From Eledone cirrhosa (taxonomy: Eukaryota), in NCBI GenBank assembly GCA_964016885.1, contig OZ024748.1, positions 36,332,001 to 36,396,000 on the forward strand: a DNA stretch of 64,000 nucleotides. The letters run 5' to 3'. This document shows, piece by piece, positions 29,070-45,286 of the stretch. How positions within the stretch are numbered: position 1 is the stretch's first letter; the number at the start of each line of letters is the position of its first letter. The notes beneath the pieces are model-generated. The model was given only the letters and a program-made list of their open reading frames with translations. It had not been told where the DNA came from and did no database searches. Both the position numbers and the translations under genes were made by a program.

Positions 29070-29230
29070 ACATATATTTTTATGCATATCTGTGAACGAA
29101 GTTACTTACATATATACACACACCTAACTGTATTTTCTGGATAAATTTTTGTGTATTCCATTGGTCAATTTGAACTCTGTTCCCAAACAGACCTGTAATT
29201 TTGAATTGTTGTTATTATCAATAAATATAT

Positions 29231-29383
29231 TTCATTATTTCTGAAGACGGCATATTTATGTGTTGGTATGTATATTAAATTTGATAGTTTGTATAATTTT
29301 GTATAATTTTGTACATAGATCTGTTGAATATGCATGCCAATTCTAACACTTATATGTCCTAGAAACGATCGTTAAATAATGAA
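29231..29383 (+). ncRNA. Type I hammerhead with very long stem II (H7)
   Basis: ttcattattt-CTGAAGA-[~115 nt largely self-complementary]-GAAA-CGATCG-TT-aaataatgaa. Perfect 10-bp stem I, palindromic ACGAUCGU, GUU triplet. Confidence 0.75.
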
Positions 29384-29445
29384 CTTTTTTTGTTTAATAT
29401 AAGGAACTGTTTCATTGTTTTATTCATTATTTTTTTAATATTTTA

Positions 29446-32935
<3,490 letters not shown>

Positions 32936-33890
32936 TCATCATCATCATCATCAACGTTTAACGTCCGTGTTCCACGCTTGCATGGGTTTGGACGGGGGTA
33001 GTCCCACTTGAGGCAAGAGTGATTGTCTTGCTCGCATAGGACTGTCTGGCAGGTTTTCTACAGTTGGATGCCCTTCCTAACACCAACCACATTTACAGTG
33101 TGGGTCTGGGAGGTTTTTACCGTGTTGCCTACACGGCCACATTACAGCGTGGACTGTGTGTTTTTTTGTCGTGACACCTACACGATCTCATTTGTTTCGG
33201 CCCGGATGGCGCGGCACCAACATAACTTTACATAGGACGGGGTGGTGTGGATGGGGTGGGGGTGGTGGTGGTGGGACGGGGTGTATTTTGTTAGAGATGC
33301 CTACTGGCAAGGCGGGTCTTCTCTGTTACTGAGTACCGCCAAAGGTCTCGGTCCAGTGACATTGTCTTGGAGAGGTGTAAGTGTGTGAGGTCGGAGTTTA
33401 TCAGCTCGTCCCAGGTTTTTCTAGGTCTGCCTATTCCGTGGCTACCGTCTATCTTTATTGCCCTGCACTTTGTTATACAGCTATCGACTTTCATGCGCAT
33501 CACGTGTCCATACCAACGTAGCCTTCTCTCGAGTAAACAACATCTGATCCCTCTTATCTCTAATTTTTTCCTTAGTTCGTTTATGCTTTGCCGTTCACGT
33601 ATATTACTGTTACACATCCAGCGGAGCATGCAAGCTTCGTTCCTCTCTAGTCTGCGTATATCCTCTGCACACAATGCCCAGGTCTCACTGCCATGCAACA
33701 TTGCTGTTCGTATGCAGGCATCGTACAACCTGCCTTTCATTTTTAGGGAGAACCCTTTAGCAGCTAATAGTGGTATAAGCTCTCTGAACTTTTTCCAACC
33801 AGTTCTGACTCTAGCTACAGTACTTTCAGAGCACCCTCCCCCACTGCTGATTTTATCGCCCAGGTAACGGAAGCTGTCCACTATTTCTAT
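32936..33890 (-). mobile_element. 5'-truncated RTE LINE family B
   Basis: ORF 33291-33914 (FRYLG, HGSETW, RLRWYGHVMR, GRPRKTW), long 3' UTR, (GAT)n tail. Confidence 0.9.
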
Positions 33891-33893
33891 ATA

Positions 33894-33931
<38 letters not shown>

Positions 33932-33941
33932 CATATATATA

Positions 33942-34396
33942 TACGATATTAAATAAATGGAAACTATATTTATAAAACCATATTTATTTCATTATATATA
34001 TTTCAGGGATATCATATTAACAATATGCTATGCCTTCCTCAGACAAAATACAATATAGACAGTTTTATAGATAAATAGATTTGACATACCGTTCAACATC
34101 GACTTGTATTTGAAAAGTTGATTTGGCAGATCAACTTTTCAAATACAAGTCGATGTTGAACGGTATGTCAAATCTATTTATCTATAAAACTGTCTATATT
34201 GTATTTTGTCTGAGGAAGGCATAGCATATTGTTAATATGATATCCCTGAAATATATATAATGAAATAAATATGATTTTATAAATATCGTTTCCATTTATT
34301 TAATATCGTAAATATATTCCAAATACTTGTTGAGTGCTTTTATATCAGTTATAAATATTTACTAGTTGTAACCCAACAATTTAAATATAACTTTCC

Positions 34397-34398
<2 letters not shown>
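33942..34398 (+). mobile_element. Family H5 element forming a near-perfect 369-bp palindrome (33942-34310), hammerheads on both strands
   Basis: Symmetry centre ~34126. Plus-strand core CTGAGGA at 34210 and GAAA at 34248, with a mirror copy at ~33985-34050. Confidence 0.75.
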
Positions 34399-34455
<57 letters not shown>

Positions 34456-34677
34456 GGGAGCAGCGGCTGTTAGGGCAAGACGTGTTTTCTTGGGCTCTGC
34501 TAGAGTCAGCAGCAACACACAACCACGTGTTGCTACACACACACAAGAGTAAAGAGAAAATTTAAAATTTATGAGACCAATAGAGATATGTACATTTATA
34601 TATTTATATCTAGATATTGCTATTATCATTTACAGTCCCTCTGTGTTTAATGTATGTTCATTAGTATATGTGTTGTT

Positions 34678-34977
34678 ATTTCTGCTTGCATTTTGCATAT
34701 ATACATATATATATCTATATATATGCTTGCGTGGACCCCTCTCAAAAATTCGTTGGATTTTCTAATTGGATACCCTAACACTGGATACCAACACTGAATA
34801 CACCTGAACTTCTACCAGGAAATCTTTCGTTATTTCTGCTTGCATTTTACATATATACATATATATATCAATGGTTGCGTGGACCCCTCTTAAAGATTCG
34901 TTGGATTTTCTAATTGGGTACCCCGAAACTGGATACCAATCACTGAATACACCTGAAATTCTACCAGGAAATCTTTC
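34678..34977. repeat. Tandem duplication of a ~150-bp unit
   Basis: atttctgcttgcatttt...ttgcgtggacccctct...ctaccaggaaatctttc occurs twice. Confidence 0.8.
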
Positions 34978-35301
34978 ATATCAGTGAAAATTTTATTTTC
35001 TTTGCTTCATATATATATATTATATATACTTGTCCGCCATTGCAAAAGGCCATAAATTCAAAAAATTTTGAAGAGAGAGGAAAAGAGAGAAGTGATCTAT
35101 GAACTTGTAACATCTCACTGACCCCCCCGTCACCACAATAACAATAACGCCTACACTCGCTCCCCACCATCACCACATTACTCTAAGGTCGCTGTCCTGT
35201 CCCCTGTTGACATACTGCTGACTCTCTTTTGATGTATGTATGTGTATATACATATGTGTATGTGTGTGTATATGTATATCTCAGTGGATGCGACCAGATT
35301 T

Positions 35302-35650
35302 CAACACAGCAACAACTACAACAACAACAACAGCAGCAACACCAACAACAACAACAACAGCAACAACACCATCGTCTGTGTTGAATGTGTGTGTGTGTAT
35401 GTATTTGTATATATGCGACAGCAATAACAGCATCAACACCATTGTCTGCAGCAACAGCAGCAGTGAAATGAAGGACAACAACAACAGCAACGACAACTAC
35501 AATAACAACTACAGCACCAACAACTGCCACCACCATCACTGACCATCCACCACCACCACGCTGATACCATCCACCACCACCACACTGACACCATCCACCA
35601 CCGCCATTACCAGCGTAAAGCAAACAATTATTATTGTTATTATTATTATA
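35302..35650. repeat. (CAA/CAG/CAC/TAT)n trinucleotide low-complexity region
   Basis: Direct inspection. Confidence 0.85.
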
Positions 35651-35899
35651 TACAAGCCGAACTGGACTGGGAAAGGTCAACAGTTGACATGATAGTGATT
35701 TTGACGATTTTGATTTTGATTTTGTATCAGTACTGTCGGTAATATATGTATATATATATATATATGTTTGAGAGTGGTGTGTGTGATTGTATGCATGAAT
35801 GAGTGTTGGTATGTGTGGCTGTGGTTTGTATGCATGAGTATTGGTGTGTGAGTGTTTGTGTGTGAGTCGTGTCAATAATTTTTTTTTTTTTTTTTTTAA

Positions 35900-38800
35900 T
35901 GACCATGCTGTAAAATGGAGGGGTAGAGAGGGCCCTTGAGTCTAGTAAGACATCCTCTCTAGTGCTGGTGGCACAAATAAAAGCACCCAGTCCATGCTGT
36001 AAAGTGGCGCTGGTGTTAGGAAGGGCATCCAACCAGTGTATCAATGCCAAAAAGCTTATCAGCACAGCAACAAAACAGCATAGGAAAATATGAAGACGTC
36101 GCATCTCAGAGTTGCAACACTTAATGTTGGCACTCTCAGAGGTAGATCTGCTGAAATAGCGGAGATGCTGGAGAGAAGGCAGGTGGATGTGTGCTGCGTG
36201 CAAGAGGTGAGATGGAGAGGTGCCTCTGTGAGACTAGTCGTAGGCAAGCGTCTTAGCTATAAGCTTTTCTGGGTAGGTAAGGATGATGGGTTAGGGGGAG
36301 TAGGCATTTTCCTGGCTGAGAAATGGATCAATAAGACAATAGAGGTAGTTCGAGTTAGTAATCGAATAATTAAGCTTAGATTAGTTGTAGGTAGGAGACT
36401 ACTGACAATCATCTCGGTCTATGCTACCCAAGCAGGCCTAGGCAAAGATGAGAAAGACTGCTTTTATGAGCAACTTTTGCAAACAACCACAATGACAGAG
36501 GACGGAGACATCGTTATGCTAGCAGGAGACTTCAATGGTCATGTTGGACAGCTCCAGGATGGTTACACTGGGGTACATGGTGGGCACGGTTACGGTTCAA
36601 GAAATGAAGAAGGAGTGAGACTTCTTGAATTTTGTGATGTGAGTACATTGACTATTTGCAACACAAACTTCCAGAAACCTGCCAATCACCTAATAACCTA
36701 CAAATCTGGTGAGCACATAAGCCAGATTGACTTCCTGCTAGTTAGGAAGCGGGACAGGCAGATAGTGTCTAATACCAAGGCATACCCTGGGGAAGAATGT
36801 ACCCCACAGCATAGGTTAGTTGTTAGTGATATCTCAGTAAGCAAGAGATGGAATGAGACATATAGGAAGGTGTGGAGAAGAAAGGTCTGGAAGCTAAAAG
36901 ACCTTTCACTAAAATACAAATTTAGGAAAGCCCTTCAAGATGTATATGACGAAAAAGAAGACGATTTAGAGACGTATGACATAGATAATAACTGGAAGTT
37001 CTTATGTGACAACTTGCTGCAGGCTACTGATGAAACCTGTGGCTGGAGCAGAGCTCCAACCAGACAGAGAGTGACCTGGTGGTGGAACAGCACAGTAGAT
37101 AAGGCTATTAGAGACAAAAGACTAGCATAGAAGGCTTGGAAAAAGGGTGGGAGTAGGGAAGAATATACAGCCACTAAGAGAGAAGCTAGACGTCAGGTGT
37201 ACCTAGCACGCAGGGAGGCTGAGAGTAGGAGGTTTGCCAATGTTCTGCGACGGGAAGATCAGAGGCGTGCAGTGTTCCACATTGCAAGGCAGTGTGTCAA
37301 TGCAAATCAGGATGTTGTTGGAGATAAGTGTGTCCGGGATGATGCCGGTGTACTTAGTGTCACGAATGATCAGAAAAAGGAGGCCTGGAAATGTCATTAT
37401 GAGAGACTGATTAATGTGGAGAACGAATGGGAGAGAGAGAAATTACCCTTGGTAGATCCGACAGAGGGACCAGCTATTGAGATTGACGAATATAGGGTCC
37501 AAGAGGCGATTAGGGAAATGAAAAATGGTAAGGCTGCCGGACCATCAGGAATAGTTGCTGAGATGCTGAAGGCATCAGGGGACATAGGCACTAAACTGGT
37601 TGCACGCATCATCAATCAGGCTCTATATGGTGGTGTCATACCCAAAGACTGGTGCAGCAGTATTCTCATAAATTGCTACAAAGGTAAAGGGGATGCCTTG
37701 GAGAGGAGCAATTATAGAGGTATAAAACTGATAGATCAGGTTATGAAAGTGGCAGAAAGGATTTTAGCACAACTAATTAGAGAAAGGGTCAAACTAGATG
37801 AGATGCAGTTTGGTTTTGTGCCTGGGAAGAGTACAACAGATGCCCTCTTCTTGGTGAGACAATTGCAAGAGAGGTTCTTAGAAAAGAATAAGCCACTATA
37901 CTTAGCCTTTGTTGACCTAGAGAAGGCCTTTGATAGGGTACCCCGATCTGTCATCTGGTGGTCCCTAAGGAAGCTAGGTGTTGAGGAATGGCTTGTGAGG
38001 ACAGTGCAAACTTTGTACAGAGGTACTCTCAGTAAAGTCAGGGTAGGAATGGAGTTTAGTGAGGAATTCCAGATACAAGTAGGAGTACATCAGGGTTCGG
38101 TCCTCAGCCCGCTCTTGTTCATTATAGCCCTCCAAGCCGTAACAGAGGAGTTTAAGACTGGCTGTCCATGGGAACTTCTCTATGCTGACGATCTGGTTCT
38201 TATAGCAGAATCTGTAGAGTAGCTTGAGAATAAATTCTGGCTATGGAAACAGCAGTTGGAAGCAAGAGGACTGAGAGTGAATCTAGCTAAGACAAAAGTG
38301 TTGATGAGTAGAAAAGCGGACAAAACCCTGATTCCGTCAGGGAAATGGCCATGTTCGATATGCAGAAAAGGAACTGGCATGAATTCTATAAAATGCACAC
38401 AATGCAGATCCTGGCTACACAAGAGATGTAGCGGGATAGCAGGCAAACTAACAGGTAGGGAGAAATATGTATGCAGTAGATGTACAGGGAAATTAGACAG
38501 TAGAAGTCGCATTGATAGACACATTTTTCAAATGCAGGAGGGCGCTATAGAAGTGGTGGATAGCTTCCGGTACCTAGGAGATCAGATTAGCATGGGAGGA
38601 GGGTGTTCCGAGGCCATAGTATCTAGAATAAGGATGGGTTGGAAGAAGTTTAGGGAGCTGCTTCCTCTGTTGACGAAGAAGGGTTTCTCCCTGCGTACGA
38701 AAGGCCGGTTTTATGATGCCTGTGTGAGGAGCGCGATGCTGCATGGTAGTGAGACATGGGCAGTAACTGCAGAGGATATGTGACGGCTGGAGAGAAATGA

Positions 38801-39179
38801 GGCAAGCATGCTCCGTTGGATGTGCAGTGTAAATGTGCGTGAAAAACCCAGCATAAATGTGTTGAGAGAGAAACTGTGTCTGAGAGGGATAGAATATAGT
38901 GTACGGGAGAGGAGACTGAGGTGGTATGGACATGTGATGCGCATGGAGGATGACCGATGGGTGAAGAAGTGCCAGGAATTGCCAGTTGAAGGAAGACGTA
39001 GTAGAGGTAGACCACGAAAAACATCGGCGGAGGTGGTGTGAGCAGACCTCAGATCATTGAAGCTCACGGTGGAGATGACGAGGGACCGTGACGAGTGGAG
39101 AGATGCTGTGCTGAATAAGACCCGTCCCACCCTTGCAAGCAGGGAAAAGCGGACGTAAAATGATGATGATGATGATGAT
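35900..39179 (+). mobile_element. Near full-length RTE LINE family A
   Basis: Short 5' UTR containing ggtgttaggaagggcatcc, single APE-RT ORF, (TGA)n tail. Confidence 0.92.
36090..39158 (+). pseudogene. RTE APE-RT polyprotein (1022 codons) with 4 in-frame stops and no frameshift; Cys/His finger after RT
   Basis: TLNVGTL, VQEVRW, AGDFNGHVG, QIDF, QHRLV, FVDLEKAFD, GVHQGS, YADD. Stops end at 37130, 38222, 38783 and 39041, all in one frame. Confidence 0.9.
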
Positions 39180-39219
39180 ATATATATATACATATATATA
39201 TATATACATATATATATAC

Positions 39220-39265
<46 letters not shown>

Positions 39266-39284
39266 ACATATACATATATATATA

Positions 39285-39780
39285 TATTGTTATACTTGGG
39301 GAGGGTCATATTTGTGTAATATTGCCAGAATTAATAACAGAACACACTCACTGTTTGTTTGGTTTTCGCTTCTCGCTTCTGTGTCTTTTATATCGGTAAT
39401 CTAACTTACTCGGTCCTCAATGTTGCCATTGACTGACCGACGGTCAAAAATAATACAGATACAATATAGACACAAACACATATATATATAGTTTATCATA
39501 AATCTTTCGTTGCACATCTGCAACATCCTCAGTGGTGTTATCGTTTCCTCCTGTTGTATTATATGTCTACGCCATTTTTATTCAGTCTGTCTATATATTT
39601 ATTTATTTATTTGCTTGTTTGTTTATTTTATTTTGTCTTCTTTGCGCATGCATTTGCGTGTGTGTAGTGTTTTGTTTGCTGTATGATGGGTGACTAGTGT
39701 GTGTTTATGTGCTTGTTGTTATTGTGTTTGTGTATATATTTATTTATTTATTTATATTTATTTATTTATATATTTATTTA
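39285..39780 (-). mobile_element. Family H1 element; hammerhead-like motif at ~39497-39536
   Basis: Minus strand CTGAGGA-T-gttgca-GATG-tgcaac-GAAAG-AT-TTA. Homologous to 1630-2085. Confidence 0.65.
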
Positions 39781-39785
39781 TATAC

Positions 39786-39818
<33 letters not shown>

Positions 39819-39861
39819 CATACATATATATACATATATATATATACATACATATATATAC

Positions 39862-39928
<67 letters not shown>

Positions 39929-39941
39929 CATATATATATAC

Positions 39942-40022
<81 letters not shown>

Positions 40023-40033
40023 CATATATATAC

Positions 40034-40110
<77 letters not shown>

Positions 40111-40111
40111 C

Positions 40112-40188
<77 letters not shown>

Positions 40189-40295
40189 CATATATATATA
40201 TACATATATATATATATACACATATATATATATATACATATATACATATACATATATATATATATATACATATATATACATATACATATATATAC

Positions 40296-40326
<31 letters not shown>

Positions 40327-40339
40327 CATATACATATAC

Positions 40340-40388
<49 letters not shown>

Positions 40389-40404
40389 CATATATATATA
40401 TACA

Positions 40405-41725
40405 TAGCTGAATAGCTGAATCAATGGCCGAACTAGAGAAGAAATTCCAAACATGGAAGCACTGCCTAGAATCAAAAGGCCTTAAAATTAACCTGTCTAA
40501 GACTAAAGTTCGAGTTTGTAGGAAGGAAAATAGGGCGCCGGTCCCATCCGGGAAATTGCCATGCTCAGTGTGTAGGAAAGGAGTAGGTAGAAACTCCATT
40601 TTATGTCCCAAATGCAAAGTATAGGTGCATAAAAGATGTAGTGGGATCACAGGTAAGCTAACTAAGAACATAGATTTTACATGTGGCCGGTGCTCTGGTG
40701 CAATAAGTAGCAGTAAGTGCCCACTGAATACTAGCTCTTTCAATTGCACAGATGGTTGTATAGAAATAGTGGACACCTTCCATTACCTGGGTGACAAAAT
40801 CAGCAGTGGGGGAGGGTGCTCTGAAAGTACAGTAGCTAGAGTCAGAACTGGATGGAAAAAGTTCAGAGAGCTTATACCACTATTAGCCGCTAAAGGGTTC
40901 TCCCTAAAGATGAAAGGCAGGCTGTATGATGCCTGCATACGAACAGCAATGTTGCATGCCAGTGAGACCTGGGCATTGTGTGCAGAGGATATACGCAGAC
41001 TAGACAGGAACGAAGCGTGCATGCTCCGCTGTATGTGTAATAGTAATATACGGGAACGGCAAAGCATTAACGAACTAAGGGAAAAATTAGAAATAAGAGG
41101 GATCAGATGTTGTTTACTCGAGAGAAGGCTACGTTGGTATGGTCACGTGATGCGCATAAAAGACGACAGCTGTATAAAAAAGTGCAGGGCAATAAAAATA
41201 GACGGTAGCCACGGAGTAGGCAGACCCAGAAAAACCTGGGACGACTTGATAAATTCCGACCTCACACACTTACACCTCTCCAAGACAATGTCACTGGACC
41301 GAGATCTTTGGCGGTACACAGTAATAGAGAAGACCCGCCTTACCTAAATACAAAGTAAAACTTACTACAGTCAGTAGGCACCTCTAACAAACTACACCCC
41401 CGTCCCACTACCCCCACCCCATCCACACCGCCCCTTTCAATGTAAAGTTATGTTGGTACCAAAACATTCAGGCCGAAACAAATGAGGTTGTGTAGGTGTC
41501 ACGACAAAAAAACATACAGTCCACGCTGTAATGTGGCCGTGTAGGTAACACGGTAAAAACCTCTCAGTTCCACACTGTAAATGTGGTTGGTGATAGGAAG
41601 GGCATCCAGCCATAGAAAACCCGCCAGACAGTTCTATGCGAACAAGACAACCACTCTTGCCTCAAGTGGGAAAACTCCCGTCCAAACCCATGCAAGCGTG
41701 GAATATGGACGTTAAACGATGATGA
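40405..41725 (+). mobile_element. 5'-truncated RTE LINE family B
   Basis: ORFs 40424-40624 and 40625-41347 (one stop), Cys finger, long 3' UTR, (GAT)n tail. Very similar to 32936-33890. Confidence 0.9.
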
Positions 41726-41750
41726 TATATATATATATACATATATATAC

Positions 41751-41782
<32 letters not shown>

Positions 41783-41824
41783 ACATATATATATGAAATA
41801 GGAAGAGTCAGAACTATATATATA

Positions 41825-42115
41825 TTCCCCCACACCTTCCCACTGCAAAGTGATCGTGGAGGTGCCACGGCAAAAAAAGCACCCAGCCCACACTGTAAAG
41901 TGGACATGGAGGTGCCACGGAAAAAAGCACCCAGCACTCACTGTAAATGAGGTTGGTGTTAGGAAGGGCATCCAACTGTAGAAATCAAGCCAGAATCAGT
42001 TCCCGTATGAGCAAGACAAGGTCAGCCGACCGGACACTGCCCACAACAGGACAACCCGTCTAACCCATGCTAGCGTGGAAGAACGGACGTAAAATGGTGA
42101 TGATGATGATGATGA

Positions 42116-42118
<3 letters not shown>
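41825..42118 (+). mobile_element. 5'-truncated SINE with RTE-like tail
   Basis: Same body as 6368-6706; tail acccatgctagcgtggaagaacggacgtaaaa(tga)n. Confidence 0.75.
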
Positions 42119-42180
<62 letters not shown>

Positions 42181-42670
42181 TAGTAGGAGAATAGTTGAAT
42201 TTGAACTGTTAATGATTTTACTTCACAAACGTTCGTTGGCGGGTACAATCACGTTGCCTAACATTTTGGACAAACATAGTGTTGTATGGACTGGTGCTTT
42301 GTGATAGAAAATGGGTTGATAGGAACTGTTTGGTAATCAGTTGGATGGACTGTATTTGTAATTACAAAGGCCAGGACTTCACATGTTGATTCACACTGAA
42401 TTTCCCTTAGAATTTATTAAGAGTAAGAGTCTATTTTGTAAGTCTCAGCCATTTGCACGTTTATTACACGAGTAGTCAGTTCGGTTGATCAAAAGACTGG
42501 GATACTAACCCTATATCTTCCTATGTCTATTTTTTCTCTGTATCCTAATCAGTGACATTCTCGTACCCTGAACCGCTGTCATCTTCCATACACATCCATA
42601 CTAAGGCAGTCTTCACTCTTACACACTATATCTTACAGTATCATCATAATATTTTGAAAATAATACTTAC

Positions 42671-42693
42671 AGACTGCTTGGGGGAACTTTTAG
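42671..42693 (-). CDS. Candidate 23-nt microexon, phase 1-0 ((S)KSSPKQS)
   Basis: tttttgtttgttacag| acceptor and |gtaagt donor on the minus strand. Confidence 0.55.
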
Positions 42694-42738
42694 CTGTAAC
42701 AAACAAAAAAACATAGCATATTAATTATACATGCTCAC

Positions 42739-42769
<31 letters not shown>

Positions 42770-42954
42770 CAGGGTGTGGAGGATATTTGTTCACAATTTT
42801 CAGCTGCTAATTTTATGCCAATTTTTTTTACTCCACTTGTCACTCTTGTCTTCATAAAAACAGTGACTATATTTCCTCCTGTTGTACTGTATGTCATCTT
42901 TATTGAAATAAAGATGGCGTAGAGATACAATACAACAGGAGCAAACATAAGAGC

Positions 42955-42996
42955 ACCACTGACGATGTTGCAGATGTGCAACGAAAGAACTTTGTT
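42955..42996 (+). ncRNA. Hammerhead-like motif family H1 (also 46775-46816 + and 46642-46682 -)
   Basis: CTGACGA-T-gttgca-GATG-tgcaac-GAAAG-AA-CTT. Confidence 0.6.
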
Positions 42997-43840
42997 AGAC
43001 TATATATATGTGTTTGTGTCTATATTATATCTGTATTTTTGAACATTGGTCAGTCAATGGTAAACATTGAGGACCGAATAAATTAACTGATATAAAAGAT
43101 ACAGAAGCGAAAACCAACCAAACAGTGAGTGTGTTCTATTATTATTTCTGGCAATATTATTACAACAATATGACCCTCCCCAAGTATAACAATATATATA
43201 TATACACATCTATCTATATATATATGGTGGCTGCCAACTCGTTTTCGAGTACGGCCACTACTTTATATCCATGTAGGAGAAGCCCTGCCGATGCACTGAA
43301 CAAGTGTGAGATTTTAGTCCAGCCAGTGACTTGAAAACTCTGGTACAAACACTACACTTGTGACAATTATTGACACCTAGTGCTGGGCCCATGGTGTCAT
43401 GTGACGACAAGTGCAGAGAGATCTCCAGATATAAAGCAATGCCTGTGCCGTGAAGCTTTTATAGTGAGCAAAGGCACTGCACAAAGCCAGTCCCACTCTC
43501 TTAACCAAGATGATATTTACCAAAAAAGAAGAACAAGTCAACATCATTGTATACCATCAGAGTTGCAGGTGGTGTTATATCAGAGTTTTCCTTCTCCTAG
43601 AATTCTGCCTTGACAAAGGCTAAGGGGTCATCTCTCCTGGTGATTTTGGATGGCCATTGACTCTTAAGAGCTCCTTTGCCTTTTGACAGGTTTTGTTTTT
43701 AGTCCTGCAGGATGTCCAAAGTCACCCTCCTCAGTTTAGTCGCCAATGACCCGACCATGAGACAGGTTGTACTGGCATACATGTTACCAGTAGCACCAAC
43801 TGGTGACCTGACACATATATATTTATATATATATATATAA

Positions 43841-43877
<37 letters not shown>

Positions 43878-44143
43878 AATATATATATAAATAAATATAT
43901 ATATATAAATATATACATATATATACTTACACACACACATATATATATATATATACATATACATACATATAAAAGGATCAATCGACTTTAGTAAAATTGG
44001 ATAAGAGGAAACAATGTTTTCGTCGGTCTTTCCAGTTGCTAGTACTATCTATCGGTTGCAACTCCAGGTAGAAGGAGCAACGTGAAACAAAGTGTCTTGC
44101 TCAAGGACATATCATATATCTATTCCATCTTTTATTTCTCTTT

Positions 44144-44521
44144 CTTAGTGGTTAGAGCATTGGGTTTGCAATCGAAAGGTTGTGAGTTCAATTCTCAGAC
44201 TGGGTGATGTGTTGTTTCCTTGAGCAAGACACTTTATTTCACATTGCTCCAGTTTACTCAGCTGTAGAAATGAGATGATAGGACTAGAGTCCATATCATT
44301 CCACTGCAAAGTGGTCGTGGAGGTGCCACGGCAAAAAAAAAAAAAGCACCCAGCCCACACTGTAAAGTGGATGTGTAGGCGCCACGGAAAAAAAGCAGCC
44401 AGCATCACTGTAAATGAGGGTGGTGTTAGGAAGTGCATCCAGCTGTAGAAATCAAGCCAGAATCAGTTCCCGACCCACCCTTGCAAGCAGTGAAAAGCAG
44501 ATGTAAAATGATGATGATGAT
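44144..44521 (+). mobile_element. tRNA-derived SINE (duplicated at 47962-48339)
   Basis: Same family as 6368-6706 and 52709-53052. Confidence 0.8.
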
Positions 44522-44873
44522 ATATATATATATATTGAAACATTCATCCGCTGGTTATTTGTATGCAGTTAATAGCAATACTATTTTCAATAGTAGACGA
44601 GTGAGCAATAGGAATTTTGTTATCTGTCTTTATATTAGATGGAATATGAGATGGGAAAAAGTAAAGTTGATTTTAGGAAGATCTGGATTCAGAATGTAAA
44701 AAAACGGAAATATCTATGGTAAATTGTTTAGAATAGAGTTTTCTCTTTGTTCCATTAAATACAATAACAACATTTAGAAATATAGATTTGTTAAAAATGG
44801 CACATTTCCATTTGACTACAAATGTGAATAAAGCTGATTGTTGATAATATTATTATGAAGGAAGTTTACTTAC

Positions 44874-44895
44874 ATGCGTAACCAGTATTATATTT
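44874..44895 (-). CDS. Candidate 22-nt microexon, phase 0-1 (KYNTGYA)
   Basis: ttttattttttatag| acceptor and |gtaagt donor. Confidence 0.55.
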
Positions 44896-45044
44896 CTATA
44901 AAAAATAAAATAAAAGGAAAGAATTTATTATAGCAAGATTGTACACAGTTAAGTTAGTTGAAAATAGTAACACAAATCGTGTAAGAAGAAATCAGGAATA
45001 AAAAAGCAAATGGAACAGTCCCCCAAAAATATATATTAGTTTAA

Positions 45045-45221
45045 CCCTTTAGCATTTACTGTAATCTAAATATACTATTGTATTTTTACAGTAAAGGCTT
45101 TAATTTACATAATTATCTCACATAATATTGAATCTATGAAATTTTGATGTTATTCATTTTCAGAAGAATACTTTAATGTCAGTATGAGTGGCCGGTTACA
45201 GCTGGTTTAAATGCTAAAGGC
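45045..45221. mobile_element. piggyBac-like MITE (duplicated at 48863-49039)
   Basis: TTAA|CCCTTTAGCATTTA ... TAAATGCTAAAGGC|TTAA: 14-bp TIR with one terminal mismatch and TTAA TSD. Confidence 0.7.
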
Positions 45222-45249
45222 TTAAGGCTTAGAATTTACAGGAAAAGAG

Positions 45250-45286
45250 TCTTAACGTTTCAGATGCGAATCCTTCATCAGAAAAA
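45250..45286 (-). ncRNA. Ultra-minimal hammerhead-like motif (H8; duplicated at 49068-49104)
   Basis: Minus strand tttt-CTGATGA-a-ggat-tcgc-atct-GAAA-CG-TT-aaga. ACGU palindrome in place of stem III. Confidence 0.45.

Larger units (their letters stand above)
28393..29445 (+). mobile_element. Internally deleted Penelope-like retroelement (RT fragment followed by hammerhead-bearing pLTR/3' region)
   Basis: ORF 28476-29069 has [33 protein letters not shown] and GSMDVVSLYPSID (N-terminal PLE RT motifs), then switches abruptly to an AT-rich region with a hammerhead. Confidence 0.8.

Noticed and set aside
35183-35875. 230-aa ORF with poly-Cys/Val/Gly/Asn
   Set aside because: Trinucleotide low-complexity artefact.
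42768-42870. Tc1/mariner-like terminus TA|CAGGGTG
   Set aside because: No matching opposite TIR or transposase found.
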